64,000 nt of DNA. Source: Desulfobacterales bacterium. Lineage in GTDB: Bacteria; Desulfobacterota; Desulfobacteria; Desulfobacterales; UBA5852. Below the pieces are notes generated by a model. It was not told where the DNA came from. It did not search any database and worked only from the letters and a program-made list of their open reading frames with translations. Shown piece after piece: positions 58,497 to 64,000 of the stretch (within the stretch, counting starts at the first letter, position 1; each line of letters opens with the position of its first letter). The DNA lies in assembly GCA_963674755.2 (NCBI GenBank), contig CAXXVS010000002.1, positions 320,001-384,000 of the forward strand. The letters are read 5' to 3'. A program made the translations under genes and the position numbers.

Positions 58497-59510
58497 GTGT
58501 CAGATTTACAATTGGACGGGATAGTAGGCTGCAGCGCTGTGATGGTAGAGTTGTTTGGACTGATGGCGCGGGTGAGCGGCAGTGATTCGACGATTTTGAT
58601 CAACGGTGAGACGGGCACGGGCAAGGGCTTGGCAGCCCGTGCGATCCACCGCAATTCAGGACGGGCCGGAGGGGCGTTTGTATCCATCAACTGCGGGGCG
58701 ATACCGGAGAACCTTTTAGAAAGCGAGTTGTTCGGCCACGTGAAGGGGGCCTTTACCGGGGCCACGGCCAACAAAGTGGGCAAATTTGAGCAGGCTCACG
58801 GGGGCACGATCTTTCTGGACGAGATCGGGGATATGAGTCCGGATTTGCAGGTGAAGTTGTTGCGGGTCTTGGAGGAAGGGGAGTTCGAGCCGGTGGGGGG
58901 CAATCGCACGGTGCAGGTGGACGTGCGCGTGATCGCGGCCACCCATCGGGATTTGGAGTCCCAGGTGAGTGCGGGACTGTTCCGCGAAGATTTGTATTAC
59001 CGGTTGTATGTGATTCCGTTGGTGTTGCCGCCGCTGCGTGAGCGGGGTGAGGACATATTGCGGCTGGCCGAGCATTTCCTCGGGGAGTTCAATGGACGCC
59101 AGCAGGCATCGGTGACGGGGTTCAACGAAGAGGCGCGCGGGTTGTTGCAGCGTCACGAGTGGCCGGGCAATGTGCGCGAGTTGCGCAATCTGATGGAGCG
59201 CTTGGTGGTGCTCAAGGCGCAGGGTGAGATCACGGCGGAGGATTTGCCGGTGAAACTTCGTGGTGCGGCCCTAGCCCGTCCGATACTGGGCGGCGCGGTG
59301 GCGCTGAGTGAGGATGGCATCAACCTGAATTCAGCGGTGACGGAATTTGAAAAGGCACTGATCCTGCAATCCCTGGAGAAGACCCAGTGGGTCAAGAACA
59401 AGGCCGCCCGGCTGCTCAACCTCAATCGCACGACCCTCGTGGAAAAAATCAAACGTTACCAGTTGGAAACGCCGGGGAATCCGGTTGCGGCCAGGGTGCG
59501 GGAGTCCTGA
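58497..59510 (+). CDS. Sigma-54 enhancer-binding protein lacking an N-terminal sensory domain
   Basis: GTG start after AAAGAGG; begins directly at the AAA+ domain (GIVG, GETGTGK, HVKGAFTGA, WPGNVREL); HTH LNRTTLVEK. Confidence 0.9.
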   Translation: MSDLQLDGIVGCSAVMVELFGLMARVSGSDSTILINGETGTGKGLAARAIHRNSGRAGGAFVSINCGAIPENLLESELFGHVKGAFTGATANKVGKFEQAHGGTIFLDEIGDMSPDLQVKLLRVLEEGEFEPVGGNRTVQVDVRVIAATHRDLESQVSAGLFREDLYYRLYVIPLVLPPLRERGEDILRLAEHFLGEFNGRQQASVTGFNEEARGLLQRHEWPGNVRELRNLMERLVVLKAQGEITAEDLPVKLRGAALARPILGGAVALSEDGINLNSAVTEFEKALILQSLEKTQWVKNKAARLLNLNRTTLVEKIKRYQLETPGNPVAARVRES

Positions 59511-59705
59511 AAGCTCTCCATGGACAGACCCTGCGAACACGCGCCCAGTGGTTTCGGCATGTCCACGTCTGGTAGGCCTATGACGCCCGGGCGGTAGTCG
59601 ACAATGCGCGTACCGTTGGGCACTGTCGATAGCCGTTTTGAGCAGGATGCGTCGTGCGCTCTGCGGCTGCCGCCTGATGGGCCTGCTTAGCGGCTTTGAA
59701 TTGAA

Positions 59706-59734
59706 TTGACAAAAACGGGTATCTGGGAAATAGT
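59706..59734 (+). promoter_or_regulatory. Putative sigma-70 promoter
   Basis: TTGACA-17 nt-AATAGT upstream of the response regulator. Confidence 0.4.
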
Positions 59735-59868
59735 AAATCCTATTTGATACTTGGCAGTTGGGCCATCCTTTGACGTTGTGTTAGCGGCCCGTCGATAGCG
59801 GTCGTCAAAAACCAATCCCTTAAAAACGCGCTTCCGGTTGGGGCTGGAAATATTGTGGAGATTATTGC

Positions 59869-60552
59869 ATGGACGTTAGAATCCTTGTGGCCGACGACGA
59901 AGAAAGTATCCTCGATCTCCTCTCCCGGTTTATTGAGAAAATCGGTTACAAGGCGGATATCGCCCGTGATGTGTCCAGTGCCATCAGTCTGATGCAATCC
60001 CATCGCTATGACGTCATATTGACCGATAAAAATATGCCCGATGTCGATGGCCGTATGGAAGGGGGCATGACCCTTGTCAAGTATGTCAAGGAGCATACGC
60101 CGGCCTCGGAAGTCATCATGATAACGGGTTATGCGACTATTGAAACGGCGGTCGAAGCCATGCGTATGGGCGCTTTCGACTACATCATGAAGCCCATTCC
60201 GCTGAACGAACTGAAAACCAAGATCGAACGCATCCTCGATTATCGCAAATTTATCAACTCGGGGGATACCCTGCAAATATATCGCGCCCTCCACAACCAA
60301 GCGCTGACCTTGCTTGAAAACCGTGACGATCTGCCCGATGAACAGTTGGGACAGATGCTGCGGACCCTAGGCGGGAAAATCGACCATCTTTTCGGTCTGC
60401 AAAAGGAATACGAGACCATCATCCAGACCCAGGCCGAAGCCCTGGAACGGATCGAAACAGTTGCCCTGCACCTAAAAGACGCCCTGCCATCGGACAGCCC
60501 TTACATCTCGGCTGTGGAGCAAATCGAAGAAGAATCCCGCAAACGCATTTAA
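59869..60552 (+). CDS. Response regulator: NtrC-type receiver plus helical C-terminus
   Basis: ILVADDE, ILTD, ITGYATIETAVEAMRMGAFDYIMKP; about 100 aa helical tail with no HTH or AAA+. Confidence 0.88.
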   Translation: MDVRILVADDEESILDLLSRFIEKIGYKADIARDVSSAISLMQSHRYDVILTDKNMPDVDGRMEGGMTLVKYVKEHTPASEVIMITGYATIETAVEAMRMGAFDYIMKPIPLNELKTKIERILDYRKFINSGDTLQIYRALHNQALTLLENRDDLPDEQLGQMLRTLGGKIDHLFGLQKEYETIIQTQAEALERIETVALHLKDALPSDSPYISAVEQIEEESRKRI

Positions 60553-60631
60553 GCGGCTGCCCAATCAGGCTACGGGAACTTCCCGGGAGGTGTTTTGTAG
60601 CTATTGCAGCAGCCAACAAGGAATTTTTATC

Positions 60632-60991
60632 ATGATGGATCAGAACCCGACCGATCAACTCGATTTCGAGCTGGACACCCGAAATCTCTACCGCGAAGAA
60701 TCTTATACAGACCTCAAAGCCGGTGCGATCCGCCGTCTTATGCCGGTGCTCTCCGACGGATCGCCGGATGCCTCCCGGACCGATATTTTCGTGGGAACCA
60801 CACAATTGCTGACCCCCGAGGGGCCGCTGCCCGTCCAAGCGCGGCTGGTGGCCAATAATTTCCAGGAAGCCCTGGCAGCCTATCCGGCGGCCATGCGGGA
60901 GGCAACCATCGAAATGATCGCCCAGCTGGAAGAGATGCAGAAGAAATACCAGGACAAGGATGATTCCCGCATTATCGTCCCTGGCCGTTAG
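60632..60991 (+). CDS. Hypothetical cytoplasmic protein
   Basis: AAGGA RBS; NLYREESYTDLKAGAIRRL..V..DG..D; C-terminal SRIIVPG. Confidence 0.8.
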   Translation: MMDQNPTDQLDFELDTRNLYREESYTDLKAGAIRRLMPVLSDGSPDASRTDIFVGTTQLLTPEGPLPVQARLVANNFQEALAAYPAAMREATIEMIAQLEEMQKKYQDKDDSRIIVPGR

Positions 60992-61066
60992 GCCTCCCAT
61001 CACCCCATTTCACCTGCTGTGCCGGCCATGTTTAGCCGCCCTTTTTGAGGCCGGGATCCCGCGTGT

Positions 61067-62464
61067 TTATTGAATTTCCGGCCGTTGGCAGCGGGGGCTG
61101 CTGAAAAATGTGCTATGAATGGCGTTGACGCCGCTTGCCAGGTTCTTGTGTTTGACGAGGAAATACAAAGCGGCGCGCGACGGACCGAAGGAGATCATTT
61201 CCACATTGACCCGGCAACGGGCCACCGCTGTAAAACAGCGGGCGGCAATGCCCTCCCGGTGCTGGATACCGTCGCCGACAATCCCGATGAGGGCCATATC
61301 TTCCAGACGATCTATTTTACGGAATGGCCGCGATCTGTTTCCCATCAGGGCCTGGCGGGCCGGCGCCATGTCCTGCCGTGCCAACAATAGGCTAATGCAG
61401 GTCTGGGAAGTCACCACGGATTTGATGTTGATGCCGTTGGCCGCAATACAAGTGGCCACCTCTCCCAGAATGCCCGGACGGGCGCCGACGCCGGAGGCAT
61501 GCACTTTCAAAATGCCGATATCGCTGTCATAGGCCACGCTTTTGATAACGCTGCGGGGGCGGGGGCTGCGTGAGGTGATCAGGGTGCCCGGGGCATCGGG
61601 GGCCAGCGTATTGCGAATGGCGATCTTCATCTTCCGGCGGCGCGCCGGTTCCACCGTCCTGGGGTGCAGGATCTTGGCCCCGAAGTAAGCCAGTTCGGCC
61701 GCCTCTTCATAGGAGAGCACCGGTATCAGCCGGGCCTCGGGCACCAGGCGGGGGTCGGCGCTCATGAACCCCTCCGTATCCTTCCATATATCCAACCGCT
61801 CCGCGTCCAGGGCGACCGCCACAACAGCGGCCGCATAGTCGCTCCCCCCGCGTCCGAAAGTCGTTATGTCACCACTCTCGCTGGTGCCGAAAAAACCGGG
61901 TATGAAAAGGATCTTCCCCTCTCCCAGAAGCGGAGGCAAATGCTGCTTAAAATGACGCGCGGTTTTGGTTAAATCGGCGGTGGCATCGCCATATTTGCCG
62001 TCCGTGATCAATCCGATCTTATGGGGCATGCGATAGGTGGCGGATACCCCGCGGCTGCGGACCGCACCCGCCAATAGCTGGGCCGCCAAGCGCTCGCCAT
62101 AGCTGCTGATGACATCGGTCAAGCGTGGTGTAATCGCCCGGGTGAAATTCAGGCCATAGTAGAGGCGCTCCAACTGGCCGAGGCTTTTTCCCAATTCGCG
62201 GGTGTAGCCGTTGAGGTCCGGCTTGCGCGGCATCAGATGGCGGGCTACCAGAAGATGGCGCGTTTTCAACTTGCCGATCAGCTCGGGGATGTGGGCCTCG
62301 TCTTCCAGAGCGGCCTTCAGACTACCCAACAGAAAGTCGGTCACACCATGCAGGGCCGATACGACAAAGACATGCCCCGGTCCGCGTGTTGCCATGAGAT
62401 CGACGATGCCGGCGATCGTTTTTCTACCGTTCAGACAGCCTCCCCCAACCTTGATGACATGCAT
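61067..62464 (-). CDS. Aspartate kinase with two ACT domains
   Basis: VIKVGG, VVSA, SYGE, TFGRGGSDY, SADPR, EAAELAYFGAKILHP. Confidence 0.94.
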   Translation of the reverse strand: MHVIKVGGGCLNGRKTIAGIVDLMATRGPGHVFVVSALHGVTDFLLGSLKAALEDEAHIPELIGKLKTRHLLVARHLMPRKPDLNGYTRELGKSLGQLERLYYGLNFTRAITPRLTDVISSYGERLAAQLLAGAVRSRGVSATYRMPHKIGLITDGKYGDATADLTKTARHFKQHLPPLLGEGKILFIPGFFGTSESGDITTFGRGGSDYAAAVVAVALDAERLDIWKDTEGFMSADPRLVPEARLIPVLSYEEAAELAYFGAKILHPRTVEPARRRKMKIAIRNTLAPDAPGTLITSRSPRPRSVIKSVAYDSDIGILKVHASGVGARPGILGEVATCIAANGINIKSVVTSQTCISLLLARQDMAPARQALMGNRSRPFRKIDRLEDMALIGIVGDGIQHREGIAARCFTAVARCRVNVEMISFGPSRAALYFLVKHKNLASGVNAIHSTFFSSPRCQRPEIQ

Positions 62465-62742
62465 CGCGATGATTTCCTTCCCTTTGAAGCGTCAATAGCG
62501 GTCAGCCGTGCACTTACCGGCGGAACCAGTCGGATGAGGTTTGTTAGCTTAAAACATCAGGGTGCACAAGCCGGATTGAACGGCATCGCCGAAAGGGGGC
62601 GACTTGCAGCGAGGGCATTCGGGCGCTTGGTCGGAGGATGGTGCGGAATTTTAGCGGATACCCCATGGGGGCCCTCGGCGGATGGAATGGTCCTCTTATG
62701 CGATTCTCTGCGGAAGAGATAACAAAGGACCGCAGGAGGGCC

Positions 62743-62967
62743 TCAAGAGGACGGGGGCGAATCGCGGAAGAATTGAGCGCAGCAATCGGTACATTGCCAG
62801 GCCGGACCATCGCTCCGGTTCTTGAAGCTGCCGATGGCGATTCCACCGCCATCCAGGGCATTTTCCAGCTCCGGAATGAAGACGGGCATACCGCTCAGGA
62901 GAAGGGCGATTTTAGCGGATCCGCACCATGGACAATGAGACGGTTTCCGGGTGGTTCGCATTTTCAT
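62743..62967 (-). CDS. Small putative zinc-ribbon protein
   Basis: CPWCGS...GMP...WQCTDC; start uncertain. Confidence 0.55.
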   Translation of the reverse strand: MKMRTTRKPSHCPWCGSAKIALLLSGMPVFIPELENALDGGGIAIGSFKNRSDGPAWQCTDCCAQFFRDSPPSS

Positions 62968-63399
62968 CGCGGGATCGATGCGGATGTCATTTGCTTCGTG
63001 AGATGAAGACGGCATAGTGCTTTCCATGAGATGAACGGCCTTTCTTTCGGTTGTGCATCTGAAGGGGGGGTGCGAGAGATGCGATCATGCGAGGGCTATT
63101 TATGCAGGGAACGTGCCAGATGACGCTGAACACTATTTCAATCACTTGCGATACCACTATAACTATCTGAAAGTGAATAAAATTTAAGTTTATAAAGAAA
63201 AGGGCGGGCCTTAATGACAAAGTCGTTTTCGAAACAGGCGCCTATTTCGTAGACATCTCTATTAAAAACAACGTCCATGAATTGGACAGGTCACGGGCGG
63301 AAAGTTTAACTGCGGTGGGTTGGATTGAGAAAAGATGAGTTGTAGCGCCTCAAGAAATATGACAAGCGCCGGTGCCGCGCGCGATACGGAATGCGGTCA

Positions 63400-63836
63400 C
63401 TTTGTTATCGAAGATATCACCAATGCGAACGCTAGATGACGCGCTACCCGCGACCTGCAAAGACCTCCGCCATGCAGCGGGCGTTTGCCAGGGTCTGACG
63501 TGCTGCAGCCCCCTATAATCGGGAGAGGCGGCCTGCTGGAAGCATACCGCCTTGGCGGCGACGGCATTCATGGACGGGGTCCCCTGGCAGCCCGGAAATA
63601 CGGAGCTGTCGCGGGCCAGCTGCTCAAGCGCGTCGGCGTTTTCACAAGCGGCATGATAGCTGGTGCCCGGGATACCCCTCGGCCGCCTTCACGGCGAAGG
63701 GCGATCCCTGGGCGGCGAGCATACTGTAGGGCGGATGGTTTTCAGCGGCAATGAGGTCGATGGTATCCTGCAGGCGTTGGGCCTCGCGTTCGATAAGGGT
63801 ATTTACTTCGGGATCTCCGCTGAGGAATGGGGGCAT
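63400..63836 (-). pseudogene. glyA: Degraded serine hydroxymethyltransferase remnant
   Basis: DPEV..LI..E..R....IDLIAAEN, QGS, AEGYPG; then a frameshift, YHAACENAD..EQLARD fused to SSVFPGCQG.P.MN..AAKAVCF, a second frameshift and an in-frame TAG. Confidence 0.85.
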
Positions 63837-64000
63837 GCCGCAATTCTCCGTATATCGTTGACAGGGCTTCCGCCCCCTGTCGATGCCAGAGAGGCATGAT
63901 GCCCTTGACTTGCTGATCGCCTCCATTGTACTAACCCAAAACCAACAACGAATACTGAAATCGTCTCGGGAGCAATTTACGCGCATGGTTGAACGTACAG

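Noticed and set aside
58242..61036. Identical 12-mer GCCATGTTTAGC in two intergenic regions (58242, 61025)
   Set aside because: A single 12-bp match is compatible with chance, and the flanks align poorly.
62465..62740. Possible lysine or SAM riboswitch upstream of aspartate kinase
   Set aside because: No recognisable consensus elements on the minus strand; an Rfam scan would be needed.

Overview
GC-rich bacterial chromosome segment. Gene content suggests an anaerobic Desulfobacterota/deltaproteobacterium (inference). Most of it is housekeeping: a DUF39 homocysteine-synthesis gene, thpR-recA-alaS, dapB, a fused MurU/AmgK-like gene, plsB, NamZ, a 2-oxoacid:ferredoxin oxidoreductase operon led by an uncharacterised P-loop ATPase, hisC-cmk-rpsA-sppA, guaB-dnaE, rnz, recJ, miaB, hydrolases, MFS/TetR and aspartate kinase. 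The main accessory block is a ~17 kb minus-strand type IV filament locus (28156-44889): PilM-PilN fusion, PilO, PilP-like, secretin, ExeA/MshM-type ATPase with LysM and SPOR domains, MshEN-bearing extension ATPase, PilC, five pilins, a large PilX-like adhesin and a frameshifted PilT-like ATPase. Embedded in it is a one-component, membrane-anchored sigma-54 activator (2 TM + HAMP-like + AAA+ + HTH). It lies directly upstream of a -24/-12 promoter facing the pilin genes, so it is a candidate single-protein replacement for PilS/PilR. Other notable items are an orphan MamI-like membrane protein, a possibly split NtrC-type activator/receiver pair, and a heavily deleted glyA pseudogene. No rRNA, tRNA, CRISPR array or transposase was recognised. 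All calls come from reading motifs by eye; no searches were run.
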